From NCBI GenBank assembly GCA_937942145.1, contig CALDFV010000007.1:1-56967 (forward strand): a stretch of DNA of 56,967 nucleotides, written 5' to 3'. This DNA is from an uncultured Opitutaceae bacterium. Its GTDB lineage: Bacteria; Verrucomicrobiota; Verrucomicrobiia; Opitutales; Opitutaceae. This document shows positions 10,601 to 21,319 of the stretch, piece after piece (within the stretch, counting starts at the first letter, position 1; every line of letters begins with the position of its first letter). The notes below the pieces were generated by a model. It saw nothing but the letters and a program-made list of their open reading frames with translations. It searched no databases and had not been told where the DNA came from. Position numbers and translations under genes: made by a program.

Positions 10601-10612
10601 ACATGTTGAGGA

Positions 10613-11830
10613 TTATTCAACGTCCAAGCCAAAGGCTGAGTGAACGACACGCGTAGCATGGTCTGACTCGTTCTCGTTGATCACTACCGAAATCTTTATT
10701 TCAGAGGTGCTAATAAGCTGAATGTTAACTTCCGCATCGCTTAAAGCTGAAAACAACTGGCTTGCCACGCCTGAGTGCGTACGCATTCCAACCCCCACTA
10801 CGGAAAGCTTGGCGATATCTCCAACAAGCGTAACCTCTCCTCCACCCAGTTCCTGCAGCACTTCCTCCACGGCTTGAGAGGCACGGTGGGTGTCATCCCG
10901 CGGAACAGTAAAAGTGAGGTTTGCCACTCCGTTTCGCCCAATGTTCTGCACGATCATATCGACCACGACGTTTGCCTCAGAGAGCGACCTAAATACCCGA
11001 GCGGCCGTTCCCGGCTTGTCCGGAATATTTGCAACCATCACTTTTGCTTGATTCTTATCGAGGGCGACTCCGCGCACCACGACGTCTTCCATAGAACTGA
11101 CTTCCTCTTTCACGATCGTGCCTGGTTTATTTTTAAAACTGGATCTAACTTCAAAGGGAACATTGAATTTGTTCGAGAACTCAACTGAGCGGGCCTGCAT
11201 GACTTTGGTACCTAAGCTGGCAAGCTCAAGCATCTCTTCATAACTAATCTCTGGCAGCTTCCTCGCCTTGGGGACAATGCGAGGATCTGCAGTATACACA
11301 CCCTCCACATCTGTGTAGATCTGACATAGGTCCGCATCTACGCCTTTGGCCAAAGCGATTGCCGACAGGTCGGATCCTCCACGGCCCAGGGTTGTTATTT
11401 GACCTTGCTCACCTGCCCCTTGGAACCCTGCGACAATCACAACTCGATTCGAATCCAAATGCTCGATCAGGGTCCTGCAGTCCATACTGACAATTCTTGC
11501 TCTCGTATGGTAAGGGTCTGTTTTGATGCCTGCCATTGCCCCGGTCAGGGAAACCGCATCCACGCCCAATGCCTGCAAGGCCATCGCGGTCAATGCGATT
11601 GTCTCCTGCTCACCCGCAACAAGAAGCATGTCCATCTCCCGGTCGGCTGGATTCGGATTGATCGCCTTTGCGCGATTGATCAAATCGTTGGTGACCCCTG
11701 AACGGGCGGATACAACCACAACAATCTGATTGCCCTTGTCGTGGTCTTCCTTGATCAAGCGCGCCACATTCTGGATACGATCTACGTCTCCTACGGAGGT
11801 TCCGCCAAACTTTTTTACAATACGCGCCAT
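10613..11830 (-). CDS. lysC: Aspartate kinase
   Basis: KKFGGTSV, TLGRGGSD, YTDVEGVYTADPR and two ACT domains. Start re-assigned to ATG 11830 (MARIVKK). Confidence 0.95.
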   Translation of the reverse strand: MARIVKKFGGTSVGDVDRIQNVARLIKEDHDKGNQIVVVVSARSGVTNDLINRAKAINPNPADREMDMLLVAGEQETIALTAMALQALGVDAVSLTGAMAGIKTDPYHTRARIVSMDCRTLIEHLDSNRVVIVAGFQGAGEQGQITTLGRGGSDLSAIALAKGVDADLCQIYTDVEGVYTADPRIVPKARKLPEISYEEMLELASLGTKVMQARSVEFSNKFNVPFEVRSSFKNKPGTIVKEEVSSMEDVVVRGVALDKNQAKVMVANIPDKPGTAARVFRSLSEANVVVDMIVQNIGRNGVANLTFTVPRDDTHRASQAVEEVLQELGGGEVTLVGDIAKLSVVGVGMRTHSGVASQLFSALSDAEVNIQLISTSEIKISVVINENESDHATRVVHSAFGLDVE

Positions 11831-11849
11831 CTCACTGATTCTCTCGACC

Positions 11850-13175
11850 TCACGAAATCGTGCCAATCGGCATGCAGAACGGCTCTGCCTCAAGCGTCGC
11901 TAGATCCCCTAAATCCGCCACTGCTCGCTGGATTGCTTCTTCTGTTGTCAAGTGCGTCGTTATTATCAATGACGCGCGCTCCGCCTTTTCAGGCACTTCC
12001 TTTTGAGTCACACTGGCAAGGCTAACCTGGTGCGATGCAAGAATCGAAGCGATCTCAGCCATGACGCCCGGTTGATCCATTACCACTAGTCGTATGTAGT
12101 AACGGGATTGGATTTCACTCGGCCTCGCTACCTCTATGCCTCCACCGTTCTTTGGAGCTGAATCCAAGAATGGAAAACGCCCTTCCGGCCCTCCGAATAT
12201 CAGCAGTTTCGCCGCATCTACCACATCCGCAATAACGGCGCTAGCGGTAGCGTGACGACCCGCTCCCGGGCCAATGTAAACCGTTTCGCCAACCACATCC
12301 CCGTGGACTGAAACCGCATTATAAACGCCGTCAACGCTTCCAAGAGAGCTCGTTTTCTCCACCAGTGTTGGCAGAACGGATACATGCAGTGCCTTTCCTT
12401 CTCTTTCCTTGTTAACGACAGCAATCAGCTTCACAGCGTATCCATTGTCTTCCGCAAAACGTATATCCTCTTGAGAAACATCCTTAATTCCCATCAAACG
12501 AACATTCTTGAAATCGACCCACTTGCCATGGGCAAGGTACGCGAGCACAACCGCCTTGTGAGCCGCGTCAATCCCATCCACGTCAAGCGACTCATCCGCT
12601 TCTGCATAGCCCAGCTTCTTCGCTTCAACCAGGATTTCCTGATAACTTAGGCCTTCATTAGCCATCCTTGTTAGAATGTAGTTACAAGTGCCGTTCAGGA
12701 TTCCGTAAATACTTGAAAAGTCGTTGATAACCAATCCCTCACGAATGGCTTTAATTACTGGAATACCACCCGCCACGCTGGCTTCGAAAAGCAAGTGCCC
12801 TCCAAACTCCTGCGCAATCGACAACAATTCCCTACCATGATCACAGAGAAGCGCCTTATTCGCTGTCACCACGATCTTACCCGCTTTGAGAGCCGCAATC
12901 GTGACCTCGCGAGCGATCTCCGTCCCCCCCATCAATTCGCAGACGATATCGATACTCGGATCAGTGGCTATAGCGATTGGATCGTTCGACACGGAACTCT
13001 CGTCAATTTCTACGTCCCTTTTTTTGGACAGGTCCCTGACTGCGATTCGGGTTACAAACATATCCGCGCCGAGAAGCTCTCGAAGCGCTTGCCGCTTGCT
13101 ATTCAAGTGGTCATAGACACCTTGCCCCACTACTCCAAAACCGCAGAGCCCAATATTTATAGTACGATTGCTCAT
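11850..13175 (-). CDS. hom: Homoserine dehydrogenase
   Basis: GLCGFGVVG, VTANKA, FEASVAGGIP, GILNGT, GPGAG and a C-terminal ACT domain. Confidence 0.95.
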   Translation of the reverse strand: MSNRTINIGLCGFGVVGQGVYDHLNSKRQALRELLGADMFVTRIAVRDLSKKRDVEIDESSVSNDPIAIATDPSIDIVCELMGGTEIAREVTIAALKAGKIVVTANKALLCDHGRELLSIAQEFGGHLLFEASVAGGIPVIKAIREGLVINDFSSIYGILNGTCNYILTRMANEGLSYQEILVEAKKLGYAEADESLDVDGIDAAHKAVVLAYLAHGKWVDFKNVRLMGIKDVSQEDIRFAEDNGYAVKLIAVVNKEREGKALHVSVLPTLVEKTSSLGSVDGVYNAVSVHGDVVGETVYIGPGAGRHATASAVIADVVDAAKLLIFGGPEGRFPFLDSAPKNGGGIEVARPSEIQSRYYIRLVVMDQPGVMAEIASILASHQVSLASVTQKEVPEKAERASLIITTHLTTEEAIQRAVADLGDLATLEAEPFCMPIGTIS

Positions 13176-13807
13176 TGGTTTCCCTCTGTTCTAGCCGATT
13201 TTTTTTCAAAGCGGTTTTCCTCTCCTTTTAGCAATCTGGAGATATTCGATTTGTGCCGGACGACAACCACCAGAGCCAGTGCTATTGACATCCAAAATAA
13301 CGATACGCTTGAATCGAGCAAACGGTTCGAAACAGGTAACGAAACAGACATCAGTATAGATGCTACGGATACGTATCGAGTCGAATAGAATACGATAAGC
13401 CAAACGATTATTCCAATCAACGCAGCATAGGGCATTAAGGCGACCACTCCTCCCAGCATAGCGGCGACGCCCTTTCCTCCACGGAAACGGGTAAATACAG
13501 AAAACGAATGCCCGATCACCGCAGCAAACAGGCCAATCAATCCGTAGCTTTCTGAGTATTCCAGTTTAGAATACGCAATTAAAGGCCAACCAGTCGCCAG
13601 TATACCCTTGAAGAAATCCAGCACGAAAACAGCATTTCCTGCCACATTGCCAACGGAACGCTTAACATTGGTCGCTCCTGGGCTTTTACTTCCGACGGAA
13701 AAAATATCCACCCCGTTGGCTTTGGCAACCCAGTAACCAAACGAAAGCGAACCGACTAAATAGCCAATTCCGGCTGAAAACGAAGCCGCTATAGGATCCA
13801 GCAACAT
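13172..13807 (-). CDS. plsY: Glycerol-3-phosphate acyltransferase PlsY
   Basis: GSKSPGATN, GHSFSVF, GGKGVA and HKSNISRL motifs; ATGA overlap with hom. Confidence 0.93.
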   Translation of the reverse strand: MLLDPIAASFSAGIGYLVGSLSFGYWVAKANGVDIFSVGSKSPGATNVKRSVGNVAGNAVFVLDFFKGILATGWPLIAYSKLEYSESYGLIGLFAAVIGHSFSVFTRFRGGKGVAAMLGGVVALMPYAALIGIIVWLIVFYSTRYVSVASILMSVSLPVSNRLLDSSVSLFWMSIALALVVVVRHKSNISRLLKGEENRFEKKSARTEGNQ

Positions 13808-13817
13808 GGAAAAAACC

Positions 13818-15425
13818 TCAACATTCCAGATAGACGAGCTTTGCCTGCTTGATCGCCTTAATGGCGTGGATCTTCTCCATAGTCACGTCATCCAACTCGC
13901 TATCCAGACCCGCGATATTCAAAGCGATTCCACCAATCTCATTGCGGCTTAAGGACATCGAAGCAATATTCACCCCGGCATCGCCGATGATGGTACCCAG
14001 CAGACCGACGATTCCCGTTTCATCGCTATTCGCAATCACAAGAAGATACCCACAAGGCTCGACTTCTACGTCGCGGCCATTAATCGCCACAACCCGAGGC
14101 GAGTTCCCCTTGCCCATCAAGGTGCCTTCAACTGAAACCACTTCCCCGTTATGGCACTTCGCTTCCACTTTGATAAGTTCGGTAAAATCGGTCTCCGCGC
14201 TCGAGCGAACGACTTCAACGCCTACACCCAGGCGCTCCACGAGCACCATAGCATTCACGAAATTGACATTGCTTCCTGAGATATTCTGGAGAAATCCCTT
14301 CAACACGCCTCGTGTCAGAGAGTTCGAATCGAGATCCACCACTTTCCCATAGTAGGTAATGGTTAGACTCTCGATCTTGTCCAATGCGAGTTGCTGGACG
14401 AACGTTCCAATCTTCGAACAAAGGTCGAGGTAGGGACCCACCTTCTCAATTGTGGACGCGTCCAGGGAAGGCATGTTGATCGCGTTACGGATTTCTCCCC
14501 CACGAACGGCATCGGCAACCGCCTCCGCTATTTCAATACCCACACTCTCCTGCGCTTCCTGGGTCGACGCTCCCAAGTGGGGAGTGAGATTTACGTTTGG
14601 ATGAGACCGGAGGGGATGGTCATCGGAAGGGGGCTCGGATTCATAGACGTCCAAACCTGCGGCAGCAACCTTTCCACTGTTCAGCGCATCGACCAAAGCA
14701 GATTCTTTGATAATGCCTCCTCGAGCGCAATTGAACACGCGAACGCCATCCTTCATCTTTTCGAAGGCCGCTTCATCGATCATGTACTTTGTCTGGTCCG
14801 TCAAAGGCATGTGAACCGTTATGTAATCGGAACGCCTGAAAAGCTCGTCCAATTCGACCGGCTCAACGCCCATCGATTCCGCTCGAGCCTCTGTAAGAAA
14901 AGGATCATAGGCGATGATATCCATCCCAAAGGCTTTCGCCCGCTTGGCGACTTCACTCCCGATGCGTCCCATACCGCAAACACCCAGCGTTTTACTCAGC
15001 AATTCGCTACCACCCAGAATCTTCCGATCCCAGCGTCCCTCTCTCATGGACGCGGCTGCCTGAGGAACGGGCCTAGCGCCGCAAAGCATGTGCGTGAAAG
15101 TCAGCTCAGCCGTCGCGATTGTGTTTCCAGCGGGGGTGTTCATCACCACCACCCCGTGGTCTGTGGCCGCAGGAATATCTATGTTGTCAACTCCGACTCC
15201 CGCCCGGCCGACTGCCTTCAGATTTGACGCGTTCGCCAATACTTCTTTCGTGATCTTTGAGTCGCTCCGAACGATAATGCCTGAGACCTCAGGCGCATGC
15301 TCCATCAGCTTTGCGGCCCGCTCGTCTTTGGGCAGGTCAAAGATCTCAATTACCTCGAAGCCTTCTTGGCTCTTGAGATAATCAACTCCTATGGGAGAGA
15401 TTTTATCGGCTACTAGGATCTTCAT
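13818..15425 (-). CDS. serA: D-3-phosphoglycerate dehydrogenase
   Basis: RAGVGVDNID, GMGRIG, NCARGG, TPHLGAST and ASB plus ACT domains. Start at ATG 15425 (MKILVADK). Confidence 0.95.
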   Translation of the reverse strand: MKILVADKISPIGVDYLKSQEGFEVIEIFDLPKDERAAKLMEHAPEVSGIIVRSDSKITKEVLANASNLKAVGRAGVGVDNIDIPAATDHGVVVMNTPAGNTIATAELTFTHMLCGARPVPQAAASMREGRWDRKILGGSELLSKTLGVCGMGRIGSEVAKRAKAFGMDIIAYDPFLTEARAESMGVEPVELDELFRRSDYITVHMPLTDQTKYMIDEAAFEKMKDGVRVFNCARGGIIKESALVDALNSGKVAAAGLDVYESEPPSDDHPLRSHPNVNLTPHLGASTQEAQESVGIEIAEAVADAVRGGEIRNAINMPSLDASTIEKVGPYLDLCSKIGTFVQQLALDKIESLTITYYGKVVDLDSNSLTRGVLKGFLQNISGSNVNFVNAMVLVERLGVGVEVVRSSAETDFTELIKVEAKCHNGEVVSVEGTLMGKGNSPRVVAINGRDVEVEPCGYLLVIANSDETGIVGLLGTIIGDAGVNIASMSLSRNEIGGIALNIAGLDSELDDVTMEKIHAIKAIKQAKLVYLEC

Positions 15426-15511
15426 TGGAAAAAAAGAGGCCCCATCAAAGGTGATGCCCACTAAAAAGCAATAGATAATACTGTCATGAATCAGACAGCA
15501 GAAAGGCTCGA

Positions 15512-16327
15512 TTATAGCCCCGATTTGGACCCACGTACGAATTGCTCGATCGCCGTCCAGTAGGCGAGACCTCCGACTCGATCCACATTGCGATGACCCG
15601 CTTCCGGTACCGTGAGGAAGGAGACATTCACACCTTCAAATGACTCCCGAAGCGCAATGCTGTTGGCTACGTCAACGATGCCGTCATCTCCACCATGAAT
15701 CAGCAAAACCGGGCAATCTACTTTCGATGCCTTATTCTCGTTCTCAAACATATCTCCCGGAATCCATTTTAGAGACAGAAGATTCTCGTAAACGCTGGTG
15801 AATGTGGACTCGAGAATGAGACGGGCTGGATCGCGACTCGTTGCGAGCTCAGTCGCTACTCCCCCTCCCACTGATCGACCATGCAAGACCAGTCTGGACT
15901 CGCTGACTCCCTTATCCCGGAGCAAATAGTCGTACACCAGACCCGCGTCTACGTATAGGTTGGATTCATTCGGGGCCCCTTCTGTAAAACCATAGCCACG
16001 ATATTCAAAACTGGCTACATTGTATCCTTTCAGCTGGTAGTTCCGGAGCTTCGGCATCGCCATCGACAAATCTTCCTCGCTTCCGCAAAGGTAAAGAACG
16101 GTCCAGGCATCCTTATCCGCGCCCTCCCAGAATACATTCAGCTCAACCCCGTCATCCGCGACAACATACTCAAAACTTGAGTCCCTTTCGTAGGATACTG
16201 GAGGTGGTCGAAACAGAAATTCGTGGGCGGTCTGACGGGCATAAATCGCGAAAAACACTACGCCCGCGATCACGAGAACCATGAGAGCGTTAAACGGATT
16301 ATGGGTCCTACGCGAATCCGTACGCAT
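15512..16327 (-). CDS. Alpha/beta hydrolase (ABHD17/YfhR-like), N-terminally anchored
   Basis: EYRGYG, nucleophile elbow GRSVG, IHGGDD and AGH catalytic triad motifs. Confidence 0.85.
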   Translation of the reverse strand: MRTDSRRTHNPFNALMVLVIAGVVFFAIYARQTAHEFLFRPPPVSYERDSSFEYVVADDGVELNVFWEGADKDAWTVLYLCGSEEDLSMAMPKLRNYQLKGYNVASFEYRGYGFTEGAPNESNLYVDAGLVYDYLLRDKGVSESRLVLHGRSVGGGVATELATSRDPARLILESTFTSVYENLLSLKWIPGDMFENENKASKVDCPVLLIHGGDDGIVDVANSIALRESFEGVNVSFLTVPEAGHRNVDRVGGLAYWTAIEQFVRGSKSGL

Positions 16328-16335
16328 TTCAAAAA

Positions 16336-17658
16336 CTAGCCTAGACGATCCCTCAACAACAGAGGCAGTTGGGCTCTCGGCACTTCCTCTTCACTTCGGT
16401 CCGACAAATTCCGAATCTTCACAACGCCTTTTTCGAGTTCGTCCGATCCATAAATGAGAGCGAACCTCGCCCCAGAAGCAGAAGCCGCTTTAAACTGTTT
16501 TCCAAATGCCTGGTTCTTGAATGAATAGTCCACAGAAAATCCGGACTGCCTCAGGACGTTGGCATCAGATAGGGCAGCGACCCGCTCTTCTTCTCCTCCG
16601 ATCACAAGATAAGCATCGAGAGTGTCAACGAACCCGGGCATGAGCCCTCTTTCCCGCAAAATGTCAGCGAGCACGACATCCCCCAAACCAAATCCCACAG
16701 CCGGCATTTCCGGGCCGCCCATTTTTTGAATGAGGCTATTATAACGTCCCCCACCTGCGAGTGCGCGGTTTTCCTTGGCCCGATCAAAGACCTCAAAAAC
16801 GAAGCCGGTGTAGTACGCCAAACCCCGTACGATGCTCAGGTCCATCTCTATGTAGCCACCGATTCCCATCGCATCGAGTCCGTCAAGCAATTCAGTCCAG
16901 TCACGAATACGGGCCTCGATGGCCTCGTCTAGCTCAGAATTGACGGACACGGACTGAAACGCCTTTGAAAGTTCCGCAATCGTCCTCACCTCAAGAAACG
17001 CCCGAAGCGATTCCCACACCTGAACGGCAGATTTCCCCACGATCGACTCGAGCTTCTCCTTTGCCGCCTCCTCAGGCATACGTTCCCACTTGTCGACGAT
17101 TTCGAGAATCTTGGCGGACTGAGCGGCAAATCCCTGGGCTTCCAAATACAACATCCAGAGATTTCGGTCGCTGAGGCGGATAAAAAAGTCGTCTTCACCA
17201 AGACCGAATCCCTGAAAAATCTGGACGAGTAGCGCCAGCAGCTCGATTTCAGCGGCGGGACCCGCCTCACCGAGGATATCGGCATTGAGCTGAGTAAAGC
17301 ATCTCAATCGACCCTTCTGCATTCGCTCGTAACGAAAATTATCGCCGACACTAAACCATTTGATCGGACGCTTTAAAGCGTTCGCCCGAGCGGCGACCAT
17401 CCGCGCGAGTGTCGGGGTCAATTCGGGTCGTAGCGAAATTTCCCGGCCTCCTTTGTCTTCAAAACAAAAAAGTTGAGATTCAATTTCGTCGCCCGACTTC
17501 GCCTTGAACAATTCCAGCGATTCCAGAACCGGTCCATCGTATTCCTGAAAGCCAAAACGTCGGGCAACTTGACGCCAAACCTGGAAGAGGAAGCGGCGCT
17601 CCGCAAAATCCTCAGGATAAAATTCACGGAATCCAGGTAGTGATTTGAAATTCGACAT
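16336..17658 (-). CDS. hisS: Histidine--tRNA ligase
   Basis: LRPELT, FRYERMQKGRLR, RGLAYYTG, GGGRY and a C-terminal anticodon-binding domain (argues against HisZ). Confidence 0.95.
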   Translation of the reverse strand: MSNFKSLPGFREFYPEDFAERRFLFQVWRQVARRFGFQEYDGPVLESLELFKAKSGDEIESQLFCFEDKGGREISLRPELTPTLARMVAARANALKRPIKWFSVGDNFRYERMQKGRLRCFTQLNADILGEAGPAAEIELLALLVQIFQGFGLGEDDFFIRLSDRNLWMLYLEAQGFAAQSAKILEIVDKWERMPEEAAKEKLESIVGKSAVQVWESLRAFLEVRTIAELSKAFQSVSVNSELDEAIEARIRDWTELLDGLDAMGIGGYIEMDLSIVRGLAYYTGFVFEVFDRAKENRALAGGGRYNSLIQKMGGPEMPAVGFGLGDVVLADILRERGLMPGFVDTLDAYLVIGGEEERVAALSDANVLRQSGFSVDYSFKNQAFGKQFKAASASGARFALIYGSDELEKGVVKIRNLSDRSEEEVPRAQLPLLLRDRLG

Positions 17659-17736
17659 CGTTACTAACTAACAGGCCCTAGGGCGCCTGCCACGTGTGTC
17701 AAGAATCGAGCCTACGCGCCCCAAAGGGGCCGCAGT

Positions 17737-18048
17737 CTAAAGAGAATCCAAATCAATGTCCTTGATTCTCGCTTTGAGGACTTTACCGGCCTTGAATTTC
17801 ACCACAGCCCGAGTGGGAATAACGACGTCTGTTTCTGGGCGGTTAGGGTTCCTGCCGACGCGAGCTTTACGCTTCTGTACTTCGAAAACACCAAAATTGC
17901 GCAACTCAACATTTCGCCCCTCTGCCAAAGCATCTAGCACGATATCCAACGTCATCTGCACTGTCTCTTGAATCTTGCTCTGAGGAATGTCTTTCGTCTT
18001 CTCGAAAATCTTTAAGACAATATCACGTTTTGTAAGATTATTGGACAT
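17737..18048 (-). CDS. HU/IHF family DNA-binding protein
   Basis: VELRNFGVF, RVGRNP and VKFKAGK motifs. Confidence 0.93.
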   Translation of the reverse strand: MSNNLTKRDIVLKIFEKTKDIPQSKIQETVQMTLDIVLDALAEGRNVELRNFGVFEVQKRKARVGRNPNRPETDVVIPTRAVVKFKAGKVLKARIKDIDLDSL

Positions 18049-18146
18049 GGGAAGCGTGTGTAGAAGTTACCAGTGATGATTCACCCTAACTTACTTTCTC
18101 AGTTTAGGTTGCGTCAACCTCAAAGCCATGCAATTTAATCAACACA

Positions 18147-19751
18147 ATGAGCCAAGACAAAGAACCGGCAGATCCGATGGAGGAGTTGAAGAAGAACCTG
18201 GATCAGGCCTTTAAACAAGGAAAGTCGTTTTTCCCCATGGGAGGAGGCTTCAACCCGCAAAGTGGCGTTTCATCCCCTTCTGAAAAGAAAGAGGATCCAG
18301 AAGTGGACGAAGAACGCGAGGAAGCCTTGAAGCGCATTCATGGATTCAACCTTAAGCCAAAGGAAATTCGAGACTACCTCGACCGATTCGTCATTCAGCA
18401 AAGGGAAGCCAAAAAAGTGATATCCGTCGCCATTTGCGACCACTTTAATCACGTACGCCGTTGTTTGGAAAATCCAGATCTCAAAGAGCGAGACTATGCC
18501 AAGCAGAACGTTATCCTGCTCGGTCCAACCGGGGTTGGAAAAACCTACCTCATGCGAAATGTCGCTAAACTGATTGGCGTACCCTTTGTCAAAGCCGACG
18601 CGACCAAATTTTCAGAAACGGGCTACGTTGGCGGGGATGTGGACGACCTCGTGCGAGACTTGGTCAAAAACGCTAATGGCGATGTCGACCTCGCCCAATA
18701 CGGCGTTGTTTACATAGACGAGATCGATAAGATCGCCCAGAAAGGCGAGCATGGAAGAGATGTATCCGGCAGAGGGGTGCAAATCAACTTGCTCAAGCTT
18801 ATGGAGGAAACAGATGTAAACCTCCAAAGCCAAACTGACTTACTAGGCCAGATGCAAGCCATGATGGACTTTCAGCAAACGGGAAAACCGCGCCAGAAGA
18901 CGATCAACACTCGGCATGTTCTCTTTATCGTTAGCGGCGCCTTCGACAAGCTGGGCGAATCCGTAAAAAAGCGCCTAACCACAACCACAATGGGGTTTGG
19001 AGCGTCACGAAAGAGCGAGGAGGAAGAGAGCGAGGATTTCCTAAACCAAGTCGAGACACGCGATTTCATCGACTATGGTTTTGAACCGGAATTCATTGGT
19101 CGACTCCCCGTTCGAGTGGCCTGTCAACATCTGCTTCCAGAAGACTTGCTCCAGATCCTGACATCCTCGGAAGGAAGCATACTCGCTCAATACCTGGCGG
19201 ACTTTGATGGCTACAGTATAAAACTGGATGTATCCAAGGAAGCCCTGGAAAAGGTTTCCCACCGGGCCCACAAAGAAAAAACAGGAGCCCGCGGATTGAT
19301 GACGGTTCTCGAACGCGTGTTTCGGGATTTCAAATTTGAGCTGCCTTCCACTGGAATCAAGCAGTTCAAAGTCACAGGTGACACCGTCGACGACCCCTCA
19401 AGCGATTTAAAGAAACTGCTCCGAGAAAATATTTCCGAGCAACGCAGCGTTTTGATGAGCGAAGTCACCACTTATGGGCAGCGATTCGAAAACCAGCATG
19501 GCTTTACCCTCGATTTTGACGAGGGGGCCGTGCTAGCCCTCGTTGAGGAAAGTCTGGATACCGACAAAACAATACGGGCGTTGTGCGAATTGAAGTTTCG
19601 AGATTTTCACCATGGCCTCACTTTGATTTCGCGCAATACCGGGCAAACCATTTTCCCGATTACTGAATCAGTGGTCAAGAATGCCGAGAAGGAACTATCC
19701 GATTGGGTCGTCAACAGTTACCGCCAACAAAGCGAGGCAGAATCTGAATAG
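18147..19751 (+). CDS. ClpX-like AAA+ ATPase lacking the C4 zinc domain, with a C-terminal extension
   Basis: [34 protein letters not shown] loop, PEFIGR and GARGL motifs; no N-terminal Cys cluster. Confidence 0.85.
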   Translation: MSQDKEPADPMEELKKNLDQAFKQGKSFFPMGGGFNPQSGVSSPSEKKEDPEVDEEREEALKRIHGFNLKPKEIRDYLDRFVIQQREAKKVISVAICDHFNHVRRCLENPDLKERDYAKQNVILLGPTGVGKTYLMRNVAKLIGVPFVKADATKFSETGYVGGDVDDLVRDLVKNANGDVDLAQYGVVYIDEIDKIAQKGEHGRDVSGRGVQINLLKLMEETDVNLQSQTDLLGQMQAMMDFQQTGKPRQKTINTRHVLFIVSGAFDKLGESVKKRLTTTTMGFGASRKSEEEESEDFLNQVETRDFIDYGFEPEFIGRLPVRVACQHLLPEDLLQILTSSEGSILAQYLADFDGYSIKLDVSKEALEKVSHRAHKEKTGARGLMTVLERVFRDFKFELPSTGIKQFKVTGDTVDDPSSDLKKLLRENISEQRSVLMSEVTTYGQRFENQHGFTLDFDEGAVLALVEESLDTDKTIRALCELKFRDFHHGLTLISRNTGQTIFPITESVVKNAEKELSDWVVNSYRQQSEAESE

Positions 19752-19793
19752 CCTCGCTTGATCAGGCAAAATCTCACGAGTTTGTAAGCTCTC

Positions 19794-20489
19794 ATGCCCG
19801 ACGCATCCAAGGTAAATTCGATGTTCGCGAGAATTGCTTCGCGGTACGATCTCGCCAATCGCCTTCTCAGTTTTGGGATCGACCAGATCTGGCGCAACCG
19901 CCTCGTTGAAGAAGTCGACTACCGGAAACCAACTACGGTCGTGGATCTTGCGACCGGCAGTGGGGACGTGGCGTTTGCGCTGCGTGAAGGCCTTGCAAAG
20001 TCAACGGTTATTAAAGGTCTGGATTTCTGCGCCCCCATGATCGATGAGGCAAAGAAAAAGCAAGTCGAGTTCCAAGAACCTGAAATCGAGTTCGGCATCG
20101 GAGATATACTGGACTTGCCATTAGATACGGGCTGGGCCCAAGCAGCGACGATCTCTTTCGGTTACAGAAATCTGGAAGATCGCCACAAAGGACTCCTCGA
20201 AATCCGACGTATTCTAGACCCGGAAAATGGACACATTTTCATACTTGAATTCTCCCAGCCGCATCCCGTGTATCGGCCTTTTTACTACTTCTACCTGAAA
20301 CGCGTCCTTCCGATCGTGGCCAGCCTGATAACGGGAGATCTTCCCGCCTATCAATATCTATGCAACTCCATCGAAACGTTTCCAGATCGCGAAGGCATTA
20401 GTTCCGAATTGGAACAGGCGGGATTTAGAGAAATTAAAGCGATCCCGCTCGCCCTCGGCAGCGTGGCCTTGCACATCGGTAAAGCCTAG
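19794..20489 (+). CDS. menG: Ubiquinone/menaquinone biosynthesis C-methyltransferase
   Basis: MFARIASRYDLANRLLSFG, DLATGSGD, SFGYRN and LEFS motifs (UbiE/MenG family). Confidence 0.88.
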   Translation: MPDASKVNSMFARIASRYDLANRLLSFGIDQIWRNRLVEEVDYRKPTTVVDLATGSGDVAFALREGLAKSTVIKGLDFCAPMIDEAKKKQVEFQEPEIEFGIGDILDLPLDTGWAQAATISFGYRNLEDRHKGLLEIRRILDPENGHIFILEFSQPHPVYRPFYYFYLKRVLPIVASLITGDLPAYQYLCNSIETFPDREGISSELEQAGFREIKAIPLALGSVALHIGKA

Positions 20490-20576
20490 TGGCTAGGATC
20501 AGACGCAGGGCTCTCCCTCTCGACTCATCCGATGCGGCTCGCCGGGTCTGTACGGATTTGTGACCTGGTGGAAACT

Positions 20577-20605
20577 TGGAAAAGCCATGGGGGCCGGACC
20601 CTACC
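20577..20605 (-). repeat. Degenerate GTAG REP-like element
   Basis: Minus strand reads GGTAGGGTCCGGCCCCCATGGC; shares the GGTAGGG head with other copies. Confidence 0.45.
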
Positions 20606-20663
20606 ATTAGAAGACAACCAACCGTAAGCCCGGAATGATGGCTCATCTACGTTCTTCGACACC

Positions 20664-20694
20664 GTAGGGCCGGCGCTCGCGCCGTGCCGCGTTT
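20664..20694 (+). repeat. GTAG REP-like palindrome (copy A)
   Basis: GTAG-GGC-CGGCG-CTCG-CGCCG-T-GCC-GCGTTT; aligns without gaps to 29706-29736 on the minus strand. Confidence 0.75.
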
Positions 20695-20799
20695 GTAGCG
20701 TCCGCAAGGCACCCCTTATTGAACCAATGCCGGATTGCGTCGACGCATCCGAATCAAACAGGCCAAACCTCCCAGCAAAGATTAAAGCGCTACATTACT

Positions 20800-21117
20800 T
20801 TAGTTGAAAGACTTGCCACATCCACAAGTGCTGTCGGCATTGGGATTCCTAATCTCAAATCCCTTGCCCTGCAGACCGTCATCAAAGTCGATCTCGCTGC
20901 CTTTCATATATTCGATGCTCGCATCGTCCATTAGAAAAGAGACTCCAGCGCTTTCGAGTGTGCGGTCGTCGTCCTTCTTCAGATCAAAGGACATTCCATA
21001 CTGGAAACCTGAACAACCTCCGGATTCGACGAAAATACGAAGTAACTTCCCCCCTCCACCTTTTTCCTCCTGGAGTTGCTTGACCTTGATTGCCGCGTTT
21101 TCAGTAAGTGTGATCAC
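20800..21117 (-). CDS. A-type Fe-S cluster carrier (HesB/IscA/ErpA family)
   Basis: GGCSGFQY and C-terminal TCGCGKSF motifs. Confidence 0.93.
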   Translation of the reverse strand: MITLTENAAIKVKQLQEEKGGGGKLLRIFVESGGCSGFQYGMSFDLKKDDDRTLESAGVSFLMDDASIEYMKGSEIDFDDGLQGKGFEIRNPNADSTCGCGKSFN

Positions 21118-21319
21118 AAGCCGAAAATCCGATTTTTAGCCGATCCTGTCAAGAGGCAGAATCTGAATTGTAAACCAAATATAACAATACACAGCATAAA
21201 TCGCGCTAATTATGTCATGCGGCTTGCAATGATCAAAAATTCTCTATCAAGATCTGCTCCGATAATACTTTGCGCGCGAAGATGCATCTGGTCCGCGCAG
21301 TAAATCTTTCGACGAGAAA

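Noticed and set aside
14391-15227. 278-aa plus-strand ORF
   Set aside because: Antisense to serA; typical codon-bias shadow ORF.
20434-20934. Short ORFs between menG and the IscA-family gene
   Set aside because: They overlap real genes or REP-like palindromes and have no protein-like features.
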